A stretch of 62,029 nt of DNA, filler included, from Globobulimina sp. (Eukaryota): assembly GCA_003354225.1 (NCBI GenBank). It is 14 parts of 14 records of this genome, joined end to end, with 100 filler letters (N's around TTAATTAATTAA, not from the genome) between each part and the next. Parts side by side here need not be neighbours in the genome. Positions count along the whole stretch, not along the records: positions 22,214 to 26,552 come from PIVH01001335.1; positions 26,653 to 30,990 come from PIVH01001336.1; positions 31,091 to 35,427 come from PIVH01001337.1; positions 35,528 to 39,864 come from PIVH01001338.1; 10 more parts are not named here. One strand, written 5' to 3'. The notes under the pieces are model-generated. The model did no database searches and was not told where the DNA came from. It saw nothing but the letters and a program-made list of their open reading frames with translations. The first letter of the stretch is position 1. Each line of letters starts with the position of its first letter. The translations under genes and the position numbers were made by a program. Below are positions 22,214 to 35,921 of this stretch, one piece after another.

Positions 22214-24390
22214 CGCCTTTTTGGTCAGCGGTAGCACCCGGAGCGACGTCTGCGTTTTTTGTGGCTAACATTATTTCATGGAACGCTTCACCGACAAAAC
22301 TTTGTACTAATGTTATCATTGCATTTTCCAAACAATCGAAATTTGCATTTCCGTATGAATTTTTCATATATGTTTGTTCTGCTGCAAACCTCTGAGTGTT
22401 GCCTTTGAATAACGACACTCCGATGGTTCCATAGGCAAAAAATACACAAAACATGATAATAAATAATGCAGATAGCGACGCAAAAGCAGACTTCATCATA
22501 AATAAAAATCGCAATGACACGTTCCAAAAAACAAAGACTCGCAATAATATCAATGCTGCCAATATATTAAAATAAATATGATTTGATTGGTAACCAACAC
22601 AGAGACCGACAATATAACCAACAAAACATATACTTGCTATGATTAAATCTGCGCGATTCGCAAATTCAGAGATTATCTCATTTTTATTGTATTTTGAATA
22701 ATATAAATATCGATAAGGTTTCATCACAATAAATTTAATAAACACATCGAAAATGTGAATAAATAGAAACGTTTTGGTCGCAAATGATACAATATCGTCG
22801 GGAAGAATATTCATCCAGCAAAATGTCCAAAAATTGAATAAAAATAAGAAACCACGCAACTTATTCATACACCACGACAGCCAAATCATTTCAATTATTG
22901 CTAAGATGTTGTATAAATTGCTGTGATTTTGTTTGCGTTTTTCAGATGAAATTATTCTATCAATCACATATCGATCAAATCCATTATATTCGTCACATAA
23001 TTTCTCAATTCCTGTCACAAATTCACTTAATTCTATGGCACCGCTATTATCTGTATCTAATAATTTAAATAACTTAAAAATTTGTAATCGATTGACGTGA
23101 TCTTTTTTATTTCTTCGCAAAAATAATACAAACTCTATAAATTCATCCAAAGTCAACAAGCCATCATTATTATTATTATCAAGCAATAAAAACGCTGATA
23201 TAATTCCTGTACGTTTCCACCATAAATCTCTCATGCGATTAATTGCTTCTTTTTTAACAAATACATCTTCAAATATACCGGTTATCAATGCCATCATTGT
23301 AAACATACCGCAAAATATAACAGGAATAAAGAATAATAATACTAGGCCGCCGTGCGTGGAATGGATCTGCATTCCCGGATATACCACAGTTACATAGTTC
23401 TCTCCACTCGATACGAACACAAACATTGTTAAAATTGACCTCACTGAAAACCAAAATGAGTCTATATTTTCTTCTAAGACCCCATATAACATTGGATCCC
23501 TATCATATTCGCGCTGCAGTGCCTGCGTTGAATACTGCCTATCACCAAATATTACAAATGCCATAACTCCACAAAAAATGACAACCAATGCATAAACTCG
23601 CAAAATGGGCAAAATTTCATAAATGGAACCAATCAAAGTTGCGACTTCTCGCCGCAAATTATTGTTCATTAAAATTAATAATAATGGACGAACAGGAATT
23701 AAATATTCCAAACTTTTATTAACTTGAAGATTAACAATTAAATCTGCAAAAATATAAAGTAACACAAATAAATTTAAATAAGCATATACTTTCTCACTCT
23801 TCGCACGTAAAATATGCGTCGGACATAAGTGAATCCATAAAATGCGCACAATTACATCAAATAATTCGATTACTAATAAGCAAAATTCTGGAATTGCTTG
23901 TTTTGGCGTAATAGTAATCTAAAAAAAAACAAATTAATATATACAAATCATGCAAGATAAGACACGTAACTCCAACAAAAAGCTGCCTTCCAAAGATGGT
24001 CCATGTGTCCGCAACGTTGCGTTTATTTTTACTCTCATAAAATGACAACGTAACATGTGTGATCACCACCAAATGTATAAATATTGTCCATGAATAATGA
24101 TTATGAATGTTGAACAAAATGGATAAAAGAGAAGATCTACGATCAACGGATTCTAATTGACATTGTGATATTATATCAACGCCTTTGTAACCATCCTTAA
24201 CATGGTTTGCTGCCCTTTTCATAGCAATCTCATTTCGAGATTTCCCATCTAATGTAGTTTTAATGTGATCTGACTTCAGAAACGATTTGCAAACAAACAT
24301 AATATACATACTTTCAACGTTTTTGCGATCGCATTCCGTTTCAAACGCATCAACAACAACACTTTCAATTCGTTTCTTGATTACATACAT
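22214..24390 (-). CDS. Two-pore channel (TPC)-like cation channel with EF-hand linker (3' truncated, spliced)
   Basis: Two 6TM repeats with pore loops SILTMFVFVSSGENY and NFDCLENAMITLVQSFVGEAF. S4 VRPLLL. EF-hands DNNNNDGLLTLDEF and DTDNSGAIELSEF. Poly-T-AG acceptor at 23920-23919 is in frame with the 563-aa ORF. Confidence 0.85.
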
Positions 24391-24584
24391 TGTACTCTGT
24401 TTGCTCCATTCTGTGAATAATTTGGAGGTTTAATTTAAAAATGAAATATAAGCGGAAAAAAAGTAAAACGAAACTTGGTGTAAGGTTTGTTGATTTAAGT
24501 TTGGATTTATCTTTTTTTGGTTCTTTGTAACACGCTTCTTTCATACAACAGATAAAATAACCACAAAACTGAATATTTTGATGA

Positions 24585-25049
24585 TTAATTATAATGTATT
24601 TGGAAAATAAAAAAAATGCATGCAATGGAAAATGTGCGTGCATGCGACTGAATGCATATAAAACATACCAGAATAAATCCAAAAAAGAATACAAAAAATA
24701 CTGGTTGCGTTCCTGTGGCAAGTTTCTGTGGTCCTTCTTTTGTATTGATAGTGATATCAAGAGCATCTTTTTCGGGACAAGCCCATGATTGAGAATAAGT
24801 TATGTTGCTCACAATAATGGCGATACAAACAACCATAAATGCTGAGCACCAGAACAATTTATTTGGGGAATCTCGAATAAATTCTTTTAAATTTCTGAAC
24901 AGATTGCAAACTCTTAAGCTTCTATATCGCGAATAAATTCTTTTAAATATGGACTGCTTGGGAACAATTTGTACACTCTCTTTGTTACCAACCGCTGCTT
25001 TTTTATTTTGGTTGACCATCTCAATAAATTGCTTGGCTGTCTGTGCCAT
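24585..25049 (-). CDS. Hypothetical membrane protein / exon
   Basis: 154-aa ORF with hydrophobic segments. Relationship to the downstream channel gene is unresolved. Confidence 0.4.
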   Translation of the reverse strand: MAQTAKQFIEMVNQNKKAAVGNKESVQIVPKQSIFKRIYSRYRSLRVCNLFRNLKEFIRDSPNKLFWCSAFMVVCIAIIVSNITYSQSWACPEKDALDITINTKEGPQKLATGTQPVFFVFFFGFILVCFICIQSHARTFSIACIFFIFQIHYN

Positions 25050-25400
25050 TCTGTCTTTCTCAAGAAAATGTACCTCAGTGATGACTAGCTCACATTGAGA
25101 AAATCTTAAAATCAGGACGCCACCTTTGTATTCATATCGATATGATGAAAACGAGTGGACCCAAATTCAAAAAACGAGGACTAAAATTTTGTTCGAATAG
25201 AAACATGTTGAAAACGTATACAACCAAAATGTGGAAAAAACGTATTATGACTGCCTTAAACAAAAAAACATTAAAAAAACAACACAAACAAAACAAAAAT
25301 CAATATATATATAATTAATAATTGTTGAAACTAACTAATTTTTAAAAATTCAGCAAAAAGCAATATATATATATAAATATTCAACGTTAGTATATACATT

Positions 25401-26552
25401 TTAAAGTATTGTTTTATTATCAGTTTTGCCATCAACATTTATCATTTCTGGCATCTGAATATTTATAATTTCATTTTTTTCCATAGTCGACGTCTGTAAT
25501 TGTTGATTAAATGGCCGATATTTTTGCCAATTATTCCCTTCATTCCTTCTCTGTGGCTCTTCGTCGTGATTTGCATTTAATTTTGTAATCGAAATCTCGA
25601 TATCCTCATTCTTACAATCCTCGATTTGTAATGTTTTAATCAATGATTTCTTAAAACTATCCACAACATCGCCATCATTATTAATCATTCCATTCAATAT
25701 TTTATAAATGTTATTCTTATCATAACTTTCCAACAATATTTCAACATTACAAGCGATGCCGTCTTCGATTGAGGTAATCGACACAGTTTCAATGCGACCC
25801 TTTGCTATTTCTAATGAGCACGATACGCATTGCTCAAATAATTGATGACAATAATTATGATTTGGTTGCAATTTGCATGATATTATCGATATGCAGTATA
25901 ATATTTTGGTTTCATTAAAATGATAATTAAATCTACATTTTGTTGACAAACATCGCGAGATCACTGTCAAGGAACCGATGGTTAATGAGATCAACGAGCA
26001 GCAAAAGGCCACCATTGTATACGAGTCCATCTCTCCACTTTCCATGCAATGCATGATTTGGATAGTTAACAATGCGATATTCTCAAATACCACAGTCATG
26101 CAAGTGCTTAATATTTGAATCGTATATCTCTGCGAATGCGATAATTGCATTGATAGTGCAGCACAATAAAATAATTTAGACGACAAAATCTCAATTGATG
26201 GACAAAAACCAACTATGTATATTTGTAGGTAATGTGTGTTATGTATGAATATGTACCTTTTTTCAATGAAAACGTTAATCAAAATGCAAAATACCAAAAG
26301 CGGCAATAAACGTTTTCATTGAGAAAATATGCATTATCGTAGTAACATGTTTTTATTCCGAGCACTCCAAAAAAATAAAGGTGGGACGTATTAAATATTT
26401 GTACCTATCAAATTAAACAGGAAGACCACCGATGCATATTTGGTAATATATTTTACATTTCGTCTCCGCCATTTATTAATAAAGCGTAAACCGATGGAAT
26501 TGGAGAAGAAATGTGCGATGAATATAAATATTGCTGCGTGCATAAGTAACAT
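25401..26552 (-). CDS. Multi-pass membrane protein, 3' part (XK-like TM motif)
   Basis: Exon 26552-26405, intron 26404-26213 (GTAC..ATAG), then in-frame exon VGFCPSIEILSSKLF..TVVFENIALLTIQI..AFCCSLISL. Confidence 0.6.
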
Positions 26553-26652
26553 NNNNNNNNNNNNNNNNNNNNNNNNNNNNNNNNNNNNNNNNNNNNTTAA
26601 TTAATTAANNNNNNNNNNNNNNNNNNNNNNNNNNNNNNNNNNNNNNNNNNNN

Positions 26653-27170
26653 TAAATAATGATGGAATGCTTGTACTATTTAATGCGTTTTTGGATTCAT
26701 TATTATCAAGATTTTCTTTGACGTTTTTATGTTGAAATATTGGCGGTAATGATAATGTAAAAGCATCATTTTCTTTATTTTCATCTTCCAATGCTCTGTG
26801 TTGATTAAACTCAGATACTGTGCCCAAAATAGAATGAGTTGGCACCTCTACTTTATCCGATAACATAACGTGGGATGTTAGTTGAAGTTATTTTAAAGCA
26901 TGGCTTCTGAGCAAACTCAACCACACACGAAGAATTAGTAGTTTTAACAGTTAAAAAGTATGATGCTCTAAATATACGATAGTGATAGTGATGCTCTAAA
27001 TATACGACGTTTGTGGTGCTGTTGTTGAGCACGTAATTTCTTGAGAGAAGTTGTGCAAAATCTAATTTGTAACAAAAGTTGTATATTGTAACATTTGCAA
27101 ATACCAAACCAAGTGTATCATTTACCATACCATACAATGGTGAATGTACTAAAAATGATGAATGGACCAT
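26653..27170 (-). pseudogene. Possible frameshifted gene of unknown function
   Basis: Two overlapping minus-strand ORFs. A 19-bp direct repeat TGATGCTCTAAATATACGA (26961-26979 / 26989-27007) has a 28-nt period, which is not a multiple of 3. Confidence 0.3.
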
Positions 27171-27716
27171 ATATTTGTGATTACTGATTATTATCCATTA
27201 CCAGCTTTTAAATAGAATTGCGACTGCATTTATCGTTGATGTTTTATTTGTCAGTTATCAAAGAAACATAATCGGACTTTGTCGGACCTGCAAACATCAA
27301 CGTAGGATAAATGCAGTTGTTTCAATGGAACTCTTTTTAACAGATGTACAAAAAATCATTTTTTGTTTCCCATAATAATTAACAATCCATTGCATTAATA
27401 CATTTTGTACACTTATTAGCTGTTGTAGCCAATTTATTTTGTTTGAATTATTCGTATTTATACAGTTGCTTCTAGCTGATCTGTTTACACTCATAAATTA
27501 TAAATTGGTCGTCCCAAAGATAGCATACACTAAAACAGTGCGGCGGTATCGTTTTGCTTAAATAAATTCCCAAATTTTAAGCAGAATCCTCTGTTTAGCA
27601 CACATTCACAATTTATTAAATATTATTATATGAGACCAATATCTGAAAAAGAGGAACGCCATGTCACTGCGCAGTACAATTGCTTTGATGAGAAAGGAGT
27701 TAAAGAGATTAACTAT

Positions 27717-28739
27717 TTATTGTTTGCGAATTTTTTGTGAGGTATATCGTTTAAGATCTTTCTTATCCAAACGTATTCTTCCACTATTTTTCAACACTAT
27801 CTCGGATCGTATGTTGAAATCATTGAGCAACACATCGATGGTAAATTGCCTGATTCCCGACAGTAATTCCTTTGATTGCGGGGCAGATCCTTTCCCTTTG
27901 CCACAAATCATTACCCACTCATATCCAATATGGCCAATCAATTCTTTGCACTTTATGCAGATCAAATAATGCAACACAAATCTGATTTGACCATAACTAA
28001 ATCCATGCAAATCAAGCATTCTTCTGTTTGAATATCGATCTACAAACCAATAACCGACCACTTTCATCGTGACAAAAGATTCGAACAATTTAACTACATC
28101 ATCACAATAAGGAGTATCTTTATAATATTCCAAATACGCATCAAAAACAACAAATGCTGACATTCGATTCCATTCCGTTAAGCCATACGACAACCGCCGG
28201 CTGGGATATTCATTAACAAATTCAAAGTATTTATCCCTTACTTCTTTGTGTGTTGATTGTTGCAATAATTTGACATAAGCAACAAATTCACAGTTCAGTG
28301 TATCTGTTAAATCTTGAGATTTATGCATTAGCCTACATTCTGCCATCATTGTCAGAGCTTTATCTGGATTGAAATGAGAGGTATCCTTCAAATAAAATGT
28401 CATCAATGGTAAGTATCCAGCAATGCTCAGTGTCAGTCCTTCATTTTCCATTTCAGCTTTGAGTATCAGTGCGTCATTAAGTTGATTACTCAGTAAATAC
28501 GCATGCACCATTGAGCCATATGAAGCAATGCTCGGTCGAATACCCGTTTTAATCATTTGATCAAAATACTTTCTGGCTCGATCACAACGTCCATTCTGAC
28601 CAAGTGTTTTGATCATAGCCATACAAGTCAGTTCAGTGGGTTTTAGACCATATTTAAAAACCATTTTGTTCCAAATGCTCTCGGCTTGTTCTACGTTGCC
28701 ATTTTTTGTACAGCCGTTTAAAAGAGTAGTCATTATCAC
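27717..28739 (-). CDS. PPR-SMR protein (last exon or 5' truncated)
   Basis: At least three 35-aa PPR repeats (TTLLNGCTKNGNVEQA..GLKPT, AMIKTLGQNGRCDRA..GIRPS, GSMVHAY..GLTLS). SMR domain LDLHGFS..ICGKGKGS..NSGRI. TATAG acceptor immediately upstream at 28741-28740. Confidence 0.9.
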   Translation of the reverse strand: MIMTTLLNGCTKNGNVEQAESIWNKMVFKYGLKPTELTCMAMIKTLGQNGRCDRARKYFDQMIKTGIRPSIASYGSMVHAYLLSNQLNDALILKAEMENEGLTLSIAGYLPLMTFYLKDTSHFNPDKALTMMAECRLMHKSQDLTDTLNCEFVAYVKLLQQSTHKEVRDKYFEFVNEYPSRRLSYGLTEWNRMSAFVVFDAYLEYYKDTPYCDDVVKLFESFVTMKVVGYWFVDRYSNRRMLDLHGFSYGQIRFVLHYLICIKCKELIGHIGYEWVMICGKGKGSAPQSKELLSGIRQFTIDVLLNDFNIRSEIVLKNSGRIRLDKKDLKRYTSQKIRKQ

Positions 28740-31090
28740 TATATAGCAACTTGCTATTATAGATCAAAAGAAGTTGTATTTTGTTGTTAAAAACAGCATC
28801 GACTAGTCAACCTGAATGGCTCGACTGTTATCTACATCAAATAATAGCAAATACACATAGATAACAAAAACAAAATACTCACCTGTTTGCACCCAAACAA
28901 AAAGAGATAAAGCAAAGAATCACTGCTGGCCACCAATGTAATATTAATAGCCTAAGCAAGCCATCAATATTATCCACGAGTGAGGCAATGTTCAAATCGC
29001 TATTCGATGCTTATCTCTTATGTGTTTTGTGCTATTTGTACTGTTAATAAAAGCCAATATTTATCGTAGCATATCTTCTTGGTAGCATGGCACTTGATAC
29101 GATAAAAGGATAGCACTGATAGAACGATATAGACAAGTACTAATCCATCAATATACCACAAAACCACTAGCACATCATAACATCATAATGAATTGTCTAG
29201 AAACTCAATAGTAAAGAATCACAGTTCGAATATTAGTATCATATTGTTCTTGAGCTTCATGCAAATTAATGATCGTCTCCATAGTTATGTCATCTGGTAA
29301 AAGGGGCACCGGAGCAGCGGGCAATCGGTATTTGGGGCAGTCGAGTAACCATCAGCACTGTGCACCGGGAAACGGCCATAAATGCATAATGTGATGTATT
29401 AACATCACATCCCTCCCCGCCCATAATTTTGCTCAACAATGCCAATTGATTGATCGCCTTCAATAGCCTGGAAGTAAATAAAGTAAGAACTCGATTAAAT
29501 CACAGTCAATCATTATAAACCATTCAACCATAGTATGTATGGTACAGTATACGATATTCGGTATACTTGCAATAAATGGATTATTGTACTACAATACTTT
29601 GATCATCTAACATCATAGGATGCCTGACAGCAAGTGTCCTTAGTCATACTATGGATTTCCAATGGCATTTTTCGATTCGCAAAAATGCCCAAAGAAAACT
29701 TCCAATAATATAGACTGGCTTGTGTTTCGAGTTTTTCGACACAGCAATAACTAATCAACCTTTATGGTTTGACTGTTAGCTGTACAGTACTATAGTATAC
29801 CAATGTCTATTGTTGGATAATATAAATCCATACTGTCCAAACATCATATACATACATGTGACAAAACAACAGTGTATGCATACTGTAAGGACTCAAATTA
29901 CCATATGCTACTTTAAAAATAAACAAAATAAAATAAACTATAGTAGCCTCTGCTTGATAGAAATAGACAATATTGCCCAAATAATGTGATGGCAACGACT
30001 AGTACAGGCGGCAGACATCACATTTCCTTCCCCTCCATAGAAAAATGACTAAACGAAATGTAATTTAGAAACATTCCCAAACTGATCGCAAAATAGGGGA
30101 AATGTGAAAGGTCGCCACAGTATGTACTTTCGACGAAATGGAATACAGAAGCTACATACATACATTTTGACAATAAAAATAAACTACAATGTTTTAGTGC
30201 ATAAAAATGAGCAATGACAACTCCATATAACTTTTGACTCCTAAAAACGGTATGTAGGGAGGCAGAAAGCAAATTGTTGTGCGCCTACATGAGATAATTC
30301 CAAATTAAATCCAAAAATAGGACTAAAATTAGATAAGATAGGTACCTGCCCAATCTTTACTAATATAAATAAAATTTTGATCCGCAGTTGGCCTTGACAG
30401 CAAATAAATGATGGCCAATAATACATACTGGAATCCAGCCAGTTTTTTGTCAAACTGTCAACCGGTCGATATTAAACTCCATTCAGCGTGCATTTCCAAA
30501 GCTGTATGTATCACAGCTGTTCGTTCATTCAACAGTCGATCGAACCGGTCAGTCAGCGCACTATGCGTAGTATTTTCGCTGTTTTATAGCATTGCGGTTT
30601 CTTTCAACCTTTTACTGTGCAATCTTTCACTCAGCAAGGTTTCTCGAAATGCATTTTACTTTCTTTACGACATGACACATATGTAATATAAAAGAAAGGC
30701 ACAACAAATCTACTTCATACCAAAATTGACTTTTTAAACCAAAAACTTAAAACTTTAGAAATATTTTCGTCTCCTTCTAACTACTTCATAATCGTAGCTG
30801 AGCCAACATGTTTTACATTGTGCATATACAATGTTTCGGTACAGTATCTCTCTTCCCCGTATGGTAGCAACCTGTATACTGTCTGTCTGTACGTACAGTA
30901 CTGTTTCTTCTATAGTCTACGACCCCGATTATGACCATACGCATAGTATATCTACCTTCCTTCTCAGTACAGTATACTATCTTTTCTCCTNNNNNNNNNN
31001 NNNNNNNNNNNNNNNNNNNNNNNNNNNNNNNNNNTTAATTAATTAANNNNNNNNNNNNNNNNNNNNNNNNNNNNNNNNNNNNNNNNNNNN

Positions 31091-31381
31091 CCAAATAATA
31101 AGCAACAGATAAATCTTAAATACGCGATCACATACTTTGATATTGATAAAAATCTGCATTCAAACAATGTGGGTTGCGATATCATTGAAAATGTTTTTGC
31201 TCCGCCTCCACTTTTAGTGATCACAAAGCTTTTTTGTGAAAATGATGGTGATAACATCACAGACGAATTCACATTGTTTGTAGTATTAAATGGATTCGAA
31301 GATAACATAGTTTCTCCACCAGATGGAACAGAACAAATACTGCCTATATTCAATGATTATGCATTGCTTAATTCGATTTAG
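31091..31381 (+). CDS. 3' end of hypothetical protein
   Basis: Open frame of 96 codons from the contig start to TAG. No recognisable motif. Confidence 0.4.
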   Translation, partial: PNNKQQINLKYAITYFDIDKNLHSNNVGCDIIENVFAPPPLLVITKLFCENDGDNITDEFTLFVVLNGFEDNIVSPPDGTEQILPIFNDYALLNSI

Positions 31382-31609
31382 TTTAACGATAAACTCAAAG
31401 AGATTAACTTGGCGCTCCAAACGTTCCGTAGGCAAAAGGATTATTAATAGGTGATTCCGGATCAAATCCTAAATTGTTCTCTACCTGAATTCTCTCCATA
31501 TGACTCATGTCACTAGACATTTTCTACAAGCAGCGATCATGCAATCCGCATTTTTTAAGTTTGTATAAAACACTTTCCCACTTCACCTTACTATACTAAC
31601 TTATTATTA

Positions 31610-34600
31610 ATGAACAACACATCGGTTGCACAAAACAGACTGGCTGCGCCTTTACGAGAACCCACAGCCAATGCGTGTAATACGCCAATAGAAACACAAA
31701 AAGCCCCAACATTATTCACACTTAAACCACAAACCCAAACACGTAATACAAAAAATACATTACCATCCCTCAATACGATTGACATTCCCTCCTTGCCATC
31801 ACCCTCCGTCGCACCTCATTCCTCCTCAAACCTAGCCTCCCTACCAACACTCACAAACCTAAACATAAATAATGCAAATTACAGCCAAGCTAATCAGAAT
31901 AATCATGTCCACTTCAATGGACACAATAATCCCACAAATATAGACATAAATGGCACGAATGGGGCTTTATTTAAATCGCCCGATCACTTGAACAACTTAA
32001 TGAAAACATTTGGCCGTCCCTCCACAATGTCTGAGTTCAACATAATGGCCATTGCCGGCGTATTGCAAGAAGGCAATCACATTCATAAAAACCGCGAGTT
32101 GCAAGCCACTGTCAAACGATTCAAACATCAAATGGGCGATCAACAGCAACAAATCAAAATATTGCATGAAAAAGTCAAGATTTATAAAGACGAAGCTGAG
32201 AAATATGAACGTTTGGAAATCAAACACAATGAAGTGATGCAACTGAATGCCAATCTAGTTTCCCATAATATGTGCTCCAAAAAAGAAACTGCCAAATTAA
32301 GGCAAAAAATGAAAATGTTGGCCAACTCTACAAAACAGCATCAAATACATTATCCAAACACCGATAACACCACCAACAGCCAGACAGGAAACGATATTGA
32401 CATCGATCTCGTACAGCCGTTACCTGTCAATATCGATGAACCGCATACTGACATCCTTGCGCCTGACAATAACCACAACCACCAAATACCAGCTAAACCT
32501 GTCGAGCAACCGGAGCACAAACCGGCTTCCTCATGGTTACGCAACCAGCGATTGATCCAATTAACCGGCGACCAAACGTACATGACAGCGCATCAGAAAG
32601 TGATCAAAGACGCCAAGCACAAGAAATCGCACCAAAGCTATCAAAGGAAGGAGAGCTTCAAAAGCATTCAAGCTGAAAATAAGTCGTTAAAGGACCAAAT
32701 CGTGCAAATCAGCGAAGAGTTGGAGGAGGCGCGAGCACTGCAAGGCGGTCTAACGTATGCTACTATATATTATCTACATTAATGCCAAAGGTTTGCTATT
32801 ATAAATCCTTGCACCGCTGCACTGACACAGAGAGGACGGAGTGAGCGCTGATTATTTGAAGGCGCAGCTCGGCAAAGTTCGCGACGAATTGGAGCAAGAA
32901 AAGAAGATCACGAGCAAGTTCAAAGTAGCTCTGCACAGTTCTGACGGCTTGCAGACGGTTAAGATATCTCTGGCAAACTCGCAGAGCGCATTGGAGCGTT
33001 TGAAGATTCGTTACGAGAAATCCAAGCAACGCGTCGAGAACCTGGCCACTGAGACGGAGAACGCCAAGAAGTTGAAGGATGCAGTGGTGAAGGAACGGGA
33101 CGAGATGAAGGAGAAAACGAAGAGTATGATCTCCAATGCGCGCGACCACATTGTTAAGATTAGCAATGAATGCGAGATGTACAAGAAAGAGGTGTTGCGG
33201 CTGACGAGGGAGAACAAGAAGTTGCTGCAGCGGGAGTCGCTGGAGGCAGAGTTGAATGCGGAATTGGCCAAAATGAAGAAGCAGTGCAAACATACGGAGA
33301 GCCAATGCAAGAAACACAAGAAGAGATACAAGGATTTGAAGTTGCAGGCGGACGCCTCGGGGGTGGCCATCCGGAGCAAGAAAGGGAGGAAGCGGGGCCG
33401 GGCTAAGAAGAACGAGGTGTTTTTGAGCAGTGATAGTGAGGAAAAGGAGCGGGTGAAGCAGACGGTGAAGTTGATGAAGAAATGGGAGCGGACACAGAAG
33501 AAGGAAAGCAAGCGGGTTGTGAGGATCCGGACGGATGATATTTTGAAGGATATTGACCATGCGATCGAGAAGAATGCGCAGGTGGATGGTGATGGTGTTG
33601 GTGTTGCGGATTATGGAGAGGTAGAGGTGGATGGTGATAATGAGAGTGAGATTGAATGGAGTGATGAGAATGAGGTTATATTTAATAATGTGCCTGCTGT
33701 GGATGGCGGGAATGAGATAACACCGACGTATTTGGCGCAGCCTCCTCCGATGAGTATGGCTGTGAGTGATGGTGATGGTGATGGTGTGCCACCTGTTGGC
33801 ATTCCTGTAGATGTACCTGTGTCTGCACCAGTTGCTGCTGCTGCTAATATTGTTGCTTCAGAGGAAAGGATTGGGTCTCCGACAAGTGGTGTGATGGGTT
33901 ATGGGTCTGTGTCATCGCAGATGTTACCTATTCAATCGAATGTGGATGTGGAGAGTGTGGATAATGCAATAATATGTCAGCCGACTATGCATTTGGAGAA
34001 TGTGGATGGTAATGTCGAAGAGATGGGAACTAATGAGAGTGCTTTTGGTGATGTTAGTAACGTAAATGATAATGTTGAGCAGATGCAAAATAATGATGGT
34101 AATGGTTTTGTCAATGATGTTAGTAATATGGGTGATAATTTTGAGGCGAATAATGACGGCGATGATGAGGATGATGGATCAGATTTCGTTGATCATGATT
34201 TAGCTGAAATATCAACAGTCAATGATTTATTTATCAGTACGCATCCCGACCCAGACCCGAATGCGATGCATTCGACTGATAATAGTCAAGTACACTTAGT
34301 ACAGACACCTAACACGGATGATGACAGTGTGTTTGGTATAGGATCGAGTGTATCTGGTATTGATTCGCCATGCCAAAACCCAATTGTGTCTTCATCACAA
34401 ACCAATCCTTTTATGTTGAATCAACAGAATAACAATGAGGGTACACATAATAGTGTGGCTGCTCCGTTAATGCTGCATGATTCCGCTGCAGATGATCCTG
34501 ATGAGGATATACAGAAAGAAGCACAAACACAACAGGTGCAGCAGCAACAGCAGCGGGATAATATAGATGCGAGTTCACGGAGTGGTAATAATGAGAATGG

Positions 34601-35427
34601 TCCTCAACCATTATTTGTTTATGAAGGAGGAGTAACATCGGATTCATCAGATGCTGATCATTCAGATCGATCAAATCAGAATTTCCTATCTCCAATTCAT
34701 TGTCAACCAGAACCATTATTTGCTGATCCTGACGTGGATAATACAAATGATAACTTGTTTGATAATGGGCAACCAACTCAAATACTGGAACCTGATCAAG
34801 AAGCTGATGATGATGATGAGGATGATGGCAATGATGATGAACAACAAACAGAGATAACAGAGATTGTCAGCACACCAAAAGAGAAATCAATCTCTTTTGA
34901 GCTTGAGGTTGGATTAAAAAGTGCTGTTAAACCACACAGCAATGATAATAATATGGATGATAATTATATTAAAATGGAGCATGATCCAAATCAGGAACAG
35001 CCAATAAATATTAATGCTAACAATAGAATCTATGAACCACACAATAATGATACTGCCAGTATTAAAATGGAGGATGATACAAATACTAAAAAACGACAAA
35101 GAGATATCACTGATTTCGACCAAGAAATATTACTCATAATAAACGAACCATTATCCAAAAAGCGGAAATTAATCGAGAACAACAGCGGAAATAACTTACC
35201 AAATTTGGAGAAAACATTCACAGACAATGCCAATCCATTTGGATTTAAGAAAAGAAACAATAATATTCCGCACAGCACATGTCCACAATTCATAGATTGG
35301 AAGGATGCATTTTCGCATTTAATAACCCAGAAAGCACCATCTTTAATCGACAGTTGTATCAATAACATGTTACAACGTTGGAAAAGCCCGCAATGCGAAT
35401 GTGATCAACGCCATTCATGTAAAGATA
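31610..35427 (+). CDS. Large coiled-coil + acidic low-complexity protein (2 exons, 3' truncated)
   Basis: The 390-aa and 880-aa ORFs join in frame via intron 32755-32830 (GTATGC..CACTGAC-ACAG, 76 nt). K/E-rich coiled coil, D/N-rich tail, NLS-like KKRQR and KKRK. Confidence 0.75.
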
Positions 35428-35921
35428 NNNNNNNNNNNNNNNNNNNNNNNNNNNNNNNNNNNNNNNNNNNNTTAATTAATTAANNNNNNNNNNNNNNNNN
35501 NNNNNNNNNNNNNNNNNNNNNNNNNNNATGACAATATTGATAATGACGTGAAGGACTGACCGTTACCTTTGACGCATTTTGTGTGTGAGTGTGTTTGCCT
35601 GTCTGTTCTGTTAAAAATTTGTTTTGATTGATCCTCTTTTCCAGACTTTCCATTCCCACATTTATGAGTGAAAACAATACCTGCCTGTTTACACTTTATT
35701 AACAATATGATAATAGTTTGTTGAACAAAAAAAACCAAAAAAAAGAAAAGAAACACCACCACAAAAACCATGCACAAAATGATTACAAAAAACTTTGATT
35801 TTGACACACATTAAATTCAAACTAAAAATATATTTATTAATAACACTTTATAAATGGACGGTTGTTCTTGGAAAACATGCAAAAGAGCAAAAAAAAGACT
35901 TATTTTATTTCCATACACAAT

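Noticed and set aside
29300..29390. GC-rich patch as a possible tRNA/ncRNA
   Set aside because: No cloverleaf, T-loop or recognisable RNA family motif by eye.
32799..33560. 253-aa Leu-rich antisense ORF and other short shadow ORFs inside long genes
   Set aside because: These are antisense or alternate-frame by-products of K/E-rich or GC-richer coding sequence and carry no motifs.
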